NCBI GenBank assembly: GCA_964035545.1
Contig: OZ037766.1
Coordinates: forward strand, 2,728,001-2,792,000
Direction of reading: 5' to 3'
Length of the DNA: 64,000 nt
Source: Bugula neritina
Lineage: Eukaryota > Animalia > Bryozoa
This document shows positions 12,601-25,624 of this stretch, one piece after another. The notes below the pieces were generated by a model that worked only from the letters and a program-made list of their open reading frames with translations, made no database searches and was not told the origin of the DNA. A program made the position numbers and the translations under genes. Within the stretch, counting starts at the first letter, position 1, and each line of letters begins with the position of its first letter.

Positions 12601-15600
12601 GTCACATAATGGACCATAGCGTCACATGACAAGATATAGTGTCACATGGTATATTATAGTGTCACATGACAAGATATAGTGTCACATGACATTATTGTGT
12701 CACATAATAGACCATATTGTCACATGACAAGATGTCACATGACATATTATAGCGTCACATGACAAGATATAGTGTCACATGGCATATTATAGTGTCACAT
12801 GACATTATTGTGTCACATAATAGACCATATTGTCACATGACAAGATAGAGTGTCACATGACATATTATTGTGTCACATAATGGACCATAGCGTCACATGA
12901 CAAGATATAGTGTCACATGGTATATTATAGTGTCACATGACAAGATATAGTGTCACATGACATTATTGTGTCACATAATAGACCATATTGTCACATGACA
13001 AGATGTCACATGACATATTATAGTGTCACATGACAAGATATAGTGTCACATGACAGCTTATAGCTTCTTTAGTTACCATCAGCTTCTAAGAGTATTTTTT
13101 GCATTAAATTGTTGTTTTGATAATAAAGTCACCATGTAAACTTTCATCTTTCTTTTCTTTAAGAAAATAGTTCTTTTTTTCGCCCAATATGCTTCAGATT
13201 AGTTCTTTTGAGCCAGCACTCTCACACTACATGTGACTATTGTTAGCATAAGTCATGTGATAAGACCCTATTTAGTCATTTTTCTTCTCTATGAAAAAAT
13301 ATAATTTTATGCAGAATTTAAATAGTTATACCTATAACACAGTTTTCACAGCTGTGAGTCCAGCATACACATACACTGTTTCTTTACTTGCCAAGTTAAC
13401 ATATTTCTATTATACTAAACTAACTATGGATTTAAATTGGCTATGTCGCAATTCCAGCCTGGTTATTCTGTAACCATTAAACTATAACTATAGGGTTATA
13501 GTTTCAGTTCAGTGTCTGTAACTATATGACCGCAAGTTGGTGTAAAATAACTGCCCGCACTAAAATTTGAACCTCAGGCTTGTACGCTAACCATTACACC
13601 ACAGGGGCTACTGGGTAATCTCAACACGACAGATGGGTAGACAACTCACAACTTCCATGACTGGTCATAATGTCAATTCAACACTGAAGATCCAGCGTAA
13701 AGCAACATTCCTAATCAATGACTCACCATGAAACCATTTCCAGGAGTCAGCCAGCACCAGACTGAGTCCCACGTGAGAATCACCACCATCATCTGTCAGC
13801 TGCGACAGTAATGTCATTTCTACATCTTTGTTTGGTATCGTGGCTAATGTCTCGCCTCTACTTCTGCAGAAGTGTGATGCTTCAGTTCTTGTGAGAGAAT
13901 CTTTGAATGTCCACATGGAGTAGCAATACTCATTCTGACAGACTGAAAGAAAATACAGTTGTGTCAGGAAAATCTAATAACAGTTTCCAGAACTTTGGAT
14001 AATAGGTTTTATATTTCAGAAACTGTTGTTCAGGCTCTATCATTTTAGCTTTCTATACAAAGAAATTATGATCACAGTTGATGCTATATATTTGAATTCA
14101 TTTCAATGCATGGTTGATCCAAAACACAGTCACACTGATTGAGGCTTTCTGTTGGATTGCTAAAAGTTAGTCAACTCATTTGCTGCCTAGTTTACGGACT
14201 TCGCTGACTTAGAGCAAGCTTTGAAAATGCTTCATATTCCAGCAATAAAATACAATTCCAATGTCAATTACAGAGAGGTAATTTCTACTGTAAATCATTG
14301 GTCTTTGTTTTACTCTCATCACAGTATCATTTACTAAGTGTATGGCCAAATACTAATTTTAAAATAGTTAGAACTAAAACAAATAATTTATTCAAGCTGC
14401 TAAAAGTGGTGTCAGTTAAAAAGGGCACAGTTAAAAAGGGCACAGTTAAAAAGGGCACAGTTAAAAATGGCACGAATTGGAAAGTAGGTAAAATGGCACA
14501 CTGGTCTCAAGCCAAAATCTCAAACCCCCAAGTTTAGGTCTTTCAGCTTAGTTGGTACTAAAACACGTAATATTTATCTGCAGCCAATTTAACTCAAGTA
14601 ACTTCTAATAGTGTAGACTGTAGATACATCATACTAGGACTAATGATTTTTTGACACTGGATATAATACTACAGAAACAGTATCCATGTCATATGTGAGA
14701 GAAACAGTATCTATGGCATACAAAGATCTGAGCATATAATTGACATATATGGTTAGAGATGAGAGAATAGATTGGGAGATATTGATACTTTACAAAGGAT
14801 CAGCTACACTTTCTCTCACCTGTGACAATCTTATATGTGAGAATTATGAATCTAATTTGCTGAGTGACTAAGGAATTTAAAGGGGTATTTAAAGAATATT
14901 TAAAGGTATGTGTTGCACCAGTTTACAGGGTTGTATATTATATATGTTTAAATATTACAGCTTATCCTAACTAAAACTCTAATGAAGCTTTAGTTTTATT
15001 AGAAATACAGGCATCTTTCAAATAGTGTCTGAAAACTATCACCTTAGTGTGTGTGTTTATATTATTGTAAATTAATAGTACGTATAAGAAAAATATTTTA
15101 TTGACTTTATTAACATAATTTTACGTTTATTCCTGACATTATACATATTATATCATAATGATATATTAACACAGGTGATTCTATAATGTCTGTTATGAAT
15201 CTAAGGCTCAGTATTCCTCTCATGATATAATATCCTTATGTTTATCTACTTGATATCTATAGATAGCTGAGAATAATGCAACATGAAATGCATATATAAT
15301 AAGACAGATATCATTGTTACATATCATATACTAGTATTACCCCTGCATATGATATCTTATAACTGATTACTAGTATAGTAATGTGTCAGAATTGGTCTGA
15401 AAATGTTAATTAATGTTAATTACAAAATATACTATGTTTTAGTACCCAGTAATACAATTATTATGCCCCTGTTATCCACACTATAGTCTATTGTAGCCTA
15501 CAATCACCATGCACTATATTTTGGTACAATATACTCATTGTTATGCCAATTTTACTATACCTTTAATTAAAAACTTGGTATTTCATGCAATAGATAATTG

Positions 15601-18600
15601 TATGCACACAGAGTATGTATACAAGTTATATAATGTAGCTATATACCCTACATTGGGCCTAATAGGAATATTATCATAATACAAGATGCTGTTGTAAACA
15701 GGAGATATAACATTTGTGTGGTTTATAATTTGTATCTATGACTTGGTAAACATTCTTAGGTAACTATGATATAATTTGGCAGAAACTTCCTAATAATGTA
15801 AACTTTCACTGAGAAAGTTAGGAGGCATATTGAGGTAGTCTTACTATTTGTGAAATTTGAATATATTATATTGGGACAGAAATCTATTATTTTATTTTCA
15901 GTAGCTGGCGTTTTAAAAGTTTCTAATGCAAGAAAAAGCTGTTGTGGAGTCTGCAAGATGCATTGATGTCTAAGCAGATGGGGCCGTGTGCACTAGCTTG
16001 GCCCGCTCATCCTTTGATCTAAAGTGACTAGTATGATACGAGAAGCAATTACTGAGTGTTATGATAGTACCCTGGCAGTGTAACCTGGTATACAGTGTAT
16101 ACACATGTGTCATCTCTAACAAAACACAGATGACTGCCCCTGATTTCCCAAACAGTTGTTTATGTTGACCTACGCGCAGGTTAGATCTCTTCAACTAGAT
16201 TTTACCTACAGTGACTCCTGCTAGCTTTATATTCCAGTGCACCAATTATAATAACATGAAATGAACTGTAAGTATGCAATGTTGATCAAGTCAGTTTAGA
16301 GTAACAACATGGCGTCTAGTCTAGAACATGCATGTTCTTGTCACCTTGATGGTGACTCTTCAGGTTGATTTTTTAACTACATGCAGAGCCGGTTACCTAT
16401 TGCAATGGTTCTAACCAATTCACTGAGGTTACCTGCTAACTAAGATCAACTGCTCCTTGAAATTACCTGCTCTCTAAGAGTACCTGCTCACTAAGATTTA
16501 CAAATCAACAGTGCAGATGGGCAGACCACCAATGCAATAAGCTCAGCAAAACCTATTTTCTGTGAGAAGAATTCTCTTCTTTATACAACATCACTGTCAA
16601 GGCTTGAATTCCAATGAACTTCATTTAGAAGATTACTATGCTGAGAGTGAAAGCAAAATAAGTTGATTTGCAGGTAAAACTTGTCTGTTGTAAGGCAGCA
16701 GGGGTCATGACCCCTACACAAAGTCTTAGTCACTCACTAATAGATTTGCTGCTCGTGGGAAAGTTTCTGCTTGTTGCTGTCTGATAATAATATAATAATG
16801 CTTTTGTTCTTATGATGTCATCATACAAGATATTTATTACAAGTTTCCTCTAACTCTAATTGTCAGTCAGTCTATTCTCTATACTATAAAGTCAGTCATA
16901 GACTGTAATATCAGCATACCATAGAAATATTTGTTTGCTTGCTTCAACAACAATAGCTATCTAACTCCTAATGTTAGCTTGCATTTGGATCTGCCCATCA
17001 AGTCAGCCATCCTACAGTTGATGCAGCTAGAAAATTGAATAGTCTTAGTTTTTTAGTTTTCCTTATAAAGTTGGGCACAGGTTAAAACCTTTTACCGTGA
17101 CATAACTTATTTACTGCATCTACCTTTTGGCAGACTCGATGAAACTTAGTTTCAGTACAGACTTTCAATTTTACAAGTAATCGAATATAATGGAACTCGT
17201 CAAGAGATACAACTTTTAGCATCTTGGTAAGCACAATTTCTAAAAATAGCTACAGAGTTCACGAGTGCAATAAACCTGGGCTGCCAACTGAGTTAAACAC
17301 ATATAATTACCTTAACTTTCTATAATTTCTATGTAGAACCTTAGCAGCTGTGCACCTAATAGATGCTTATCCAACATCAGCAAATATATTTGAATATCCA
17401 GTAATTACCTCTTTGATTACCAATTTAGGGGGTCAGAATTCAAACCAGCATAGGGAAGAATAACCTATCCCCATTATTCGCACCAGAATAACCCATCTTA
17501 TCTCCACAATCAGCATTGCATGAAAAATGTGATGACACTGCAGGCCCTTATTGAGTGTTGGAAGGTCACCACCCCACCCCCCCCCCTATTTTAAACTGAG
17601 AGACATAGATCTAATATAAGAACTGAAGCAATGTCAACTTTAGACTGTAATAGTAAATGAAAAAGCTATCAGCCCTTTCAAGACAAGAATCACTTGACCG
17701 CAGTTTAGGATAGAAGGATACATCCACTTTTAAAATTAATCATTGGTTAGTTTGAAATACTGATAGATATAAATAAATTTATGGTGATTATTTAAAATTC
17801 TTCTGGCAAGTCAAAAAATCAATGTAATTAAAATTGCATGTAGAAACCAATATTTCACCTGATAACTATTTGGGTGATCAATTATTTTTAATGTATTAAA
17901 TATCATTAATTACATTATTTCATAACCACACTAAACAATAGAGTTATATATATAACCTGTAGGCAATGCAGATGTTGATTAAAAACTGAAAGCAAATCTT
18001 ATGTAAAATATAGCTTTTTTAATATCTGTAATAGACCAAGTATTTTTACAGCATACGGTTCTCTAGTCTCAAGGAATGTATGTGCTTTAATTCTTTAGAG
18101 ATGCCACTTTCTACATTTCCGATTCCGCACAATATTTACACTATTTTATTACAGAAGTCTGGTACAGTTACAAAATGGGAACTTGTTAGTGTACATGAAA
18201 CAATTGCTTTCAGTGTTTGTAAGAAGACAAAGAGCATCTATGTCATTCACAGCTTCTGCTACTTGTTGCAAAAGCTAGCAGACCTGCTTTGCATCAGCAG
18301 ACCTAACATAATCTGTCCATGGCTCAGGTGGGGGAGAGTCATTGGGTAACCAGAAATGTTTAATCCTAGTTGACAGGTGCTCTAGTGTTGCTTAGTTTGA
18401 AGTAAACTTTGGATGTTGAAAAAATTGAATAGTGTTTTTAGCAGTGATAAAAAACTACTGGCTGACATTGCTGTGGTAAAAATAGCACATGAAATTGGTT
18501 TCTAAGTTTATTTTTCTCATCACCTATTTTTCATATAACTGGTATATTTAAACCAATGATGACTTACTAAATTAAAACACATGCTCCGAATTCTAATTTC

Positions 18601-18954
18601 AATTTAAATTCAACGTTTTTAGAGACATGCATATAAGGTTTTATGTGTTTATACACTCATAAAACTACATTTCTAATCTAGCATAGGTACATACCTACAA
18701 CCTTGACGTTGAGTTAAGGCAAAGGGGACATGACTAACAACTTTATATTTCTGAAAAGTTATCATTTCACTCATGTTTAAACTGTTGACTTACTTAAGTA
18801 TACAATTCAGAACTACACAACTGGAACATAAGAACTTACATTCCTCTGTCATAGTTTGTGGGGATTCTGTAGAGACTGTAGTTCCATTTAGCGATTGTGA
18901 TGTCACCCCACATATGGTAGCGAGAAAGCTGATTGTCAGTACGAAAATAGCCAT
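6690..18954 (-). CDS. Type I transmembrane protein: signal peptide, two C-type lectin-like domains, Ser/Thr mucin stalk, TM helix and about 260-aa cytoplasmic tail (about 735 aa)
   Basis: Minus-strand exons 18840-18954 (MAIFVLTISFLATICGVTS signal), 13727-13942, 12159-12305, 11711-11853, 11527-11602, 11104-11259, 10625-10735, 9879-10232, 9055-9157 (TM AVLICAYILAALVIFGIVLIVIMLV then RRRQKKK), 8236-8521, 7875-8016, 7282-7412, 6690-6917. Phases are consistent (2208 nt). CTLD cues: CY...TRTEASHFCRSRGETLATI, WKWF, C..C.HQLSYICE, LNWFEAATDCHQRGGNLLVINS, CVAL..PC...AICSK. Donors of the two stalk exons are less certain, and extra exons in the 4.9-kb first intron cannot be excluded. Confidence 0.8.
7661..7797. 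mobile_element. Short dispersed TIR element (MITE-like), about 140 bp
   Basis: Ends TGGAGAAATTGA (7661-7672) and TCAATTTCTTCA (7786-7797) are inverted repeats. The internal sequence cctgtgttctagattagaaatgtagcataagaagttatgttc recurs inverted at about 36650-36755 and partially at about 50992-51044, 19760-19880 and 18665-18685. Confidence 0.6.
12462..13056. repeat. About 20-bp minisatellite built on GTCACATGAC, with a higher-order block duplication
   Basis: About 30 units such as gtgtcacatgacaagatata and gtgtcacatgacatattatt. A block of roughly 200 bp starting near 12571 recurs near 12842. It lies in the intron splitting CTLD1 of the lectin gene. Confidence 0.9.
13535..13612 (-). mobile_element. 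Degenerate tRNA-derived SINE head fragment
   Basis: Minus strand reads gtagcccctgTGGTGTAATGGttagcgtacaagcctgaGGTTCAAATtt, with Pol III A-box and B-box-like motifs and a deleted anticodon arm. Confidence 0.5.
14413..14501 (+). repeat. 15-bp tandem repeat (gttaaaaagggcaca x about 4) with a degenerate aaaatggcac extension; probable TE remnant
   Basis: Tandem copies are directly visible. Confidence 0.7.
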
Positions 18955-21072
18955 TCTCTAAAAGTAACTTCAGAACTTCTGTAGACTTTAATATATTCAC
19001 AAGTTACTTTAACTCTACTCGATGTGATTATCTAGACCATAACTAAAACTATACCTTCTTTCTGACTTATCAACTAACACAATGTGTGACAGTCAGTGAA
19101 TAGCAGGAACAAGTGAGAAAGCTACAAGTAATATGCTGCTTGGGCTTTAGAGGAGCAACAAATAGCCGAAAGCCAATAAAACGAGGGTAGGCTTATGACG
19201 TGACCTTCAAAAGGGGGCAGTAATGTACACGCTACTTCGACCAATCACGTTGCAAAGTTGAAGATAAAAGTCATCATCTGCGGTGTGATTAACAACCAAT
19301 GTGGTGAGCACATTTAATGCGCTTTGTTTTCTTTCAACATTATAATGACAGTGTTCTTCATTAATAACACACCTAGCACTGCAGACGATGCACTATCGCA
19401 ACTATCACTTTGCATGTACATCCCATTTCCTTCAAGCTGTTGCCCTTATTTGCAGCCTAGCACAAAGAATTGAAGTCTTTTCTTTGCAGAGCATATTTCT
19501 AGCTGCCCGAGAATAAAAAGCTTGAGTTTATAAATAGCAAACTTTAACAAGTAATACATTTCCGAAAACAGAAAAAGTAGTAATTTAGACTTATTTTCAA
19601 TCCCATGATTAAGTAGATGAAAGTTTATTATAACAGTATCTAGAAATAATAATATCTTGCTCCATAAAGCATACACGTGGGTCATCAGTTTCTAGCAAAG
19701 GCTGTTGTTATAACTATAATCTTGAAAATAGTTTTACCCTAAACTGAGTTTCACTTATTAAAACAAAGCATAGAAATGTGTTTTAGATAAGAAATATTGC
19801 AAAAGAGAATTTTCAAGCAGTACCCCAAACCAAAATTTATAAAAATAATTAAATAATTTAGTTATTGAATTTTTTCTGTTACTAAACCTATAACTTACAA
19901 TCTAAGACACATTGTACCTAACTGTTTTTAGTTGTTTTGCTTCAAAGAACTGCTTACACCCAGGAGGGGGTTAATTCCTCTGTTGAAGACAAATTTTGAA
20001 TATAGTCAACAAAAATAATGTTTTGTGCTGCAGCTTTCACTGTGTTTTTTTAAGTTTAATAAATCAATCTGCATGCAAATAAAAGTGTATATTGACACTC
20101 TCTACTACTACATGTATATATACTTAATCTTAATTTGTCAGGAATTCTAACCTAATTTTGATCATGATTTCTGCTATAATAAGTTATAGTAAGCCAAAGC
20201 CTAACATGTAATACTGTATACAAGATGAGTTAAACAATGTATACTATGAGCAATTAAGCTGCAGTGACATCTCATAAACAAATCCAAAGCATGTGTTATG
20301 TAAGTCTGATTCCTCAACTTCCCATGCATGATTCATTACACAAAAGATCTTGTAGCAAGATAATTAACACCAAATCATTATGTTTAGTACAATACTTGCT
20401 AGCCACGTTATACAACTAATGAGTGTAGACAGCGAATTACTCAGCTTTTATCTCTTGCCTTTAAAACTTATAGTTCCAACTTGCAGCTGATTATGAAAGT
20501 TATGAAATCTTAGAGTTGTCCTACATTTTTTCATTTTGGAAGTGTACAGTTGTAAAGCACTGTAAGACTCAAATATGTTGATTTCTTTTATTTTAGTGTT
20601 AATGATTCATCATTTGAATAAAGAGTATACCAAATTGGCTTGCTGACTTGAGCACTTGAAAATCTTTACCTAAGTAAACCTACTCATGTACTGACATGAC
20701 TTGCCTAGCTAGTCCATTTAACCCAACTTTAATTTAAAATTTAGAATAAACATTTGCACAAGTTTTTTAAACCATAACAATTTGATTGCATTTTAATGAA
20801 AATTTGATCTGTGGCTAGTTATAATGTCAATGCTGAGGTGAAAGATGTTGAATGGTAATTGCAATTCACAATTGGTAATTGTAATTCACTAAATTATTAC
20901 ATGTTATTGTAAAATTTCAGTTTCTGTTGAGTGTCACTAGTTGAGTAGTTAGGCTTGAGGCTGCATACTTCTACTTTTATAATCTTAGTGGCTAAATTCA
21001 TGTAATGATCTGCTTATTTCTATTAGTTCTATTATTTACATACATCAACTTGATAAGTACTTGCGAGTCTCT

Positions 21073-21112
21073 TTAATCAAATGACTTGAGTTTACTCAAG
21101 TCATTTGATTAA
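21073..21112. repeat. 40-bp near-perfect palindrome (18-bp arms, TTTA spacer)
   Basis: ttaatcaaatgacttgag-ttta-ctcaagtcatttgattaa. Confidence 0.9.
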
Positions 21113-21986
21113 TTACATTTACTTACTTGAATTTTGTTGTTCAGTTTTGACCCTGTTACGCTGTTACCTTAACCCAGCATTAAAACCAATGATTCATGGT
21201 TTCAGACCCAAGCATTGGAGTTGCTCACACTTGGGTAAAAAAGTAAGATAACTCCTCCTATTGTCAAACCAGTCTAAGTTGTAAACCACATCATACTGAT
21301 TGGAAACTTACTCATTCCTTTTATACAGCAAGTTTACAAAGATGTCTCTCAAGCAACCACTTCTCAAATGTCTGAGAAAAAAAGCTAAAAAACGCATTTT
21401 TATTTGATAAAATGGTGAACTCTCTATTACCAGGTTGCTTTTGAACAAATTTTGTTATACAAATAGACTCAGTTTTATTGTGTAATTGCTTAGTTATTAA
21501 ATTGTTCAATTCCATTATTCATTATACAGGAGCTAGTGTTTACTATAGCTTTACTTTGCCCCTTATGCATTTCTCATGTTCATGCTTCCATATGGGATAG
21601 TTCAACCACTAAATTATAATTTTCAGCTTTTAGATTACTATAGCTTCTTTTTTGTACACCAGCTTTATAGCCAACATTTTAATTTAATAGCATGATACTG
21701 CATTACAAATACCATAAATCTGCAAGGTCAAACAATTCCTAATATTACTAGTATAGCTTTGGTTAAAAAGTTGATCATTGGTTTCTTTATTACAACAAAT
21801 GGGCAGACAACTTCTTATAAGCAAATACATTTAATTAGGCAGTACTATTTTCTTGTGCCCAAGTAACCAAAAACAACAGCCTTTATGCTTAAATAATGAA
21901 AACATATAATTCAAATGAAATTCATAAACTAAATTCATGTGTTGTTTGCTAACCCTTTCTTACCTGCAATACCAGCTAATGACTCA

Positions 21987-22405
21987 CACCACCACCACCA
22001 CCACCACCACCACCACCACCACCACCACCACCACCACCACCACCACCACCACCACCACCACCACCACCACCACCACCACCACCACCACCACCACCACCAC
22101 CACCACCACCACCACCACCACCACCACCACCACCACCACCACCACCACCACCACCACCACCACCACCACCACCACCACCACCACCACCACCACCACCACC
22201 ACCACCACCACCACCACCACCACCACCACCACCACCACCACCACCACCACCACCACCACCACCACCACCACCACCATCACAGCTACTACAAGCAACGGCA
22301 GCAAGAGCAGCAGCAAGAGCAGCAGCAAGAGCAGCAGCAAGAGCAGCAGCAAGAGCAGCAGCAGCAAGAGCAGCAGCAAGAGCAGCAGCAAGAGCAGCAG
22401 CAGCA
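21987..22405. repeat. Compound microsatellite: about 96 perfect (CAC) units followed by about 9 units of AGCAGCAGCAAG
   Basis: CAC array 21987 to about 22275 and CAG-rich 12-mer array about 22298-22405. It is intergenic, between the divergent lectin and ADAMTS genes. Confidence 0.97.
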
Positions 22406-23779
22406 TGTAAATACATTGAACCACATTACTACCAACTGTAGTTAGGAACTTGTGGTCACTATACCTGCTAGCTGCTGGACACTTCATAGTGACACAGTAA
22501 ATAATTGGATTAAAGGTTAAAAGAGATGAATATAGCTATGCCTGGTAGATCTCTAAACGGACTCCTTTCAACTTAATGGGAGTATAATAAGAGTGAGTGT
22601 TGTGGCTATAGAGATCAAAGGAAGCAGCTCCCTGCAAGTATTAAAATGTAACCCAAGTTTTTCATGGGCCTGTTTTGTAAATGCCTCATAAAGTAATTAT
22701 AGCTTGATCTCAAAAACTTTTGCATGTGGAAGTTGGGCAGAGCTCTCTCCCTGACCCAATTTTATTTGATATTTTTTAACACCCACTATATCAGTAAGAA
22801 TATAAAACCTTATAACATGGTTGCTTGTAAATTATATTCATTTTTAGAGTAGTTACTAGCTAAATGCTTCACACATACTGTATCTATTTCTACAGCAGAC
22901 AAGTTTCTAAGGCTATATAGATATAGTTACTCAATAGAAATCTAAGCATTTTGCTGTAAACTATTTTCTTATGACCGATTAACAGTTTGATTGTTGTTGA
23001 AGCCTGTGCTATAGACACGAAAGTAGCACATCTATGTAATTAATATACGCAGTATATAAACAGCAGCTATATACGAACTACTACTTGTGTATTTCCATGT
23101 AGCTTAGCTTACACTTCATTTCATTATTTGTACGAGTGTTTTATAGGGCAAGTAACAATATATCTCCATTTCTGCAGAAATGCCATAAAAGTTCATTTGA
23201 AACTTTTACAATTCTGTCAGCATTTCTTTTTACATTGTAAAGTCATCATCTAAACCTGACCTTTTGACCCCTAATTATTACATAAGGCAGAAATGTGAAA
23301 TATCATCCTCTTCAACCTCAGAATTCATAAAATATCTCTTGCATTGATTATTGTGTCGGTTTTCGCTTTCCTTGAACAATCGCAGAAAATTGAATAGAAA
23401 ATAGCAAACTGTATCCACATGCAATACACTCATTTCCTCTGATTTACACAATATGTTATTCTACTAGTTGTTAATTAGCAAACTGTAAATATTGTCTAAA
23501 AATGCCGAAGCTATTATGGATATGTAATAAGGTACTTATAGGGATAATTATTTAAATAATTAGATTTAGCCAATTCACCTATAAATAGTGTTTGCCTTGT
23601 ATATTACATATTAGGTAATAATATTGTTGTATAACCCTAACACACTTACAATGTTATTCAGTATAAGTAGAATATTTCCAGAGCAAATCAAGCAGGCTAG
23701 ATCTAATTTCCTATAAACAATGAAGTAATTTAAGGTTGTTTTTTTTAATATTATTACAACTTTAGCTGATGCAGTAAGA

Positions 23780-23892
23780 GAGCAGCTGTGGTGTAGTTGT
23801 TAGAGTGCTGGTCTAGTAAAACACGGTGGTTTGAGCCTGTGCCACATATGGAACAAGTCTTTAGCCGCTTTAAAAACTCGACCAGGGGTTTT
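23780..23892 (+). mobile_element. Internally deleted copy of the tRNA-derived SINE, interrupted by a MITE
   Basis: gagcagctgtggtgtagttgttagagtg matches the head, and aacaagtctttagcc...aaaaac...ccaggggttt matches the tail, of the 48809-49020 element. Confidence 0.6.
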
Positions 23893-24210
23893 AAAGCCTA
23901 GGCCCTAGGGCCACATGGCAAAGGTGTCCACTGTACGCGTTGAGAAAACATTCGCACTTGTCGCTCAGCATTCTCAACGCAAGTGCGAATCGTCTCTGTC
24001 GTAGTCACCTAATTGGCTGGTAGTTATTCAGCGGGCCAAATTCTTTATTTTAGTGCTACGATCCAGTAAATTGCATTTTATTGAAAGGGAGTGCGATTTA
24101 AAAATGAAAGCTTTATTTATCACGCATCACTGACGCTACAGTGGACACCTTTGCTACTTGTGATTTCAATTTTCGCATGCGAAAATACGCACCGTGTGGC
24201 TTTAGGCTTA
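23893..24210. mobile_element. Foldback / MITE-like non-autonomous DNA transposon, about 320 bp
   Basis: Outer imperfect TIRs aagccta..gccacatgg and ccgtgtggctttaggctt. Perfect 18-bp inner inverted repeat gcaaaggtgtccactgta (23918-23935) / tacagtggacacctttgc (24137-24154). Further inverted pairs attcgcacttg/caagtgcgaat and gcgttgagaa/ttctcaacgc, plus the palindrome attttcgcatgcgaaaat. Confidence 0.75.
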
Positions 24211-25624
24211 CAGAGAAATAGTATTTAGTCTTCAAGTGCTTAAGCTGCTGCAGAAAAATTTGTTGAGTTTTATAACTTATGCCAGTGTATATTATAGCTT
24301 TAAAACAAGGAAGGGGTGTAGAATTGAGTCACTAAATAGAATATTATATCACATCTTTGGTTTAGACAGGTTACAAGCTGCTTATACATAGCGACTGGAC
24401 TACTAAGGCAGACTTAACTGCTGGGAAGACAGGCTACAGCTAAGTGTGTCAAGCATACTTATTAGTTCATGTGTGTTGTATATGCATGTAAATATTATAA
24501 ACATGTAATGTATAGTATAAGCATATAGGTATAATCAAACATCAAAGCATACAGCATAACTATAAGTCTTTGTACTACAGGATTTATTTAATATTCACTA
24601 GATTTTATAATACTTATTATATTGTAAAATAATGTATGAAAATATCAACTTAAACTGCAATCCAATTAAATATAAACATATCAATTAATATCCTCATGAC
24701 TTATAAATTTAAAATTTTTTGCTATTTCAATTTCAACTTTTCGAACTGATGCAAAGTTATTTTTGACTATACCAATTGAGTCTGTGAAAAATTGCTATAA
24801 TTTATATTTAAAACTTACAGAAAATGAATAATATATTACAATAGAATAATATTATATTAGACAATAAATATACTCATAAACTCAATCTATGAATGTTTTT
24901 AAAAAAGGGCAGTCATGGCAAACGTTTTAAGAAAGAAAGTTAATATATCTTTGTTCACTAAAGACATGGTATTTACAATAATTCATTATATTAAGCAAAT
25001 TTATAACAAAATAAAATTAACTTAGAAACTTTAGGTTTGAGGCTTATACCAGCAAACATGTATTTTTAACAATAAAATTGCGTAATAAAAACTTTATTAT
25101 CACTAGGAATTATCGTCTCTCTGTTGTGCGCAATATCAGGAGGTATGCTACCAATTACCACACTAAATTACCAGCACGCTGTATCCCAATCCTTCATTGA
25201 ACACTGTATCTATAGAACGGGTGAATAGGGTGCAAATCTGCAAGCCAGCTGTTTAGAACTTCAGCTGGCTATGCTATGTTGCTGGGGCATAATGTGCATG
25301 CCCGTTATTAAGACAATGCAGTATATGTAGAACCCAGACTATTACACTCAACTGCTCAACACACATACACATGCATAGCTGGTTATTGTGCATTTAGTTC
25401 AATTTGATTGGAGTGTACTGTTTTTATGAAAATTATTACTTATAATTTCACAAAACGGGCGAAAGCAGAAGCAGGTGCTTGTAGTTGACTGTCAGTAACT
25501 CTGTAACAGTGACAAGTAATAGCAGGTGACACATAATAAACTAGTGAGGAGGAGATACACATCGTTCTGGACAAAATACAGGAGCTCAAGGCAAGATATT
25601 GCAGTCAGTTAGAAAGTGGTTGGA

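Noticed and set aside
13080-13480. Possible extra lectin exon(s) between 13727 and 12305
   Set aside because: Candidate AG..GT segments have stops in the required phase, and direct splicing keeps the frame.
21937-22487. Poly-His/Thr/Val/Gly ORFs of 146-168 aa
   Set aside because: Artefacts of a stop-free trinucleotide array, with no splice or homology support.
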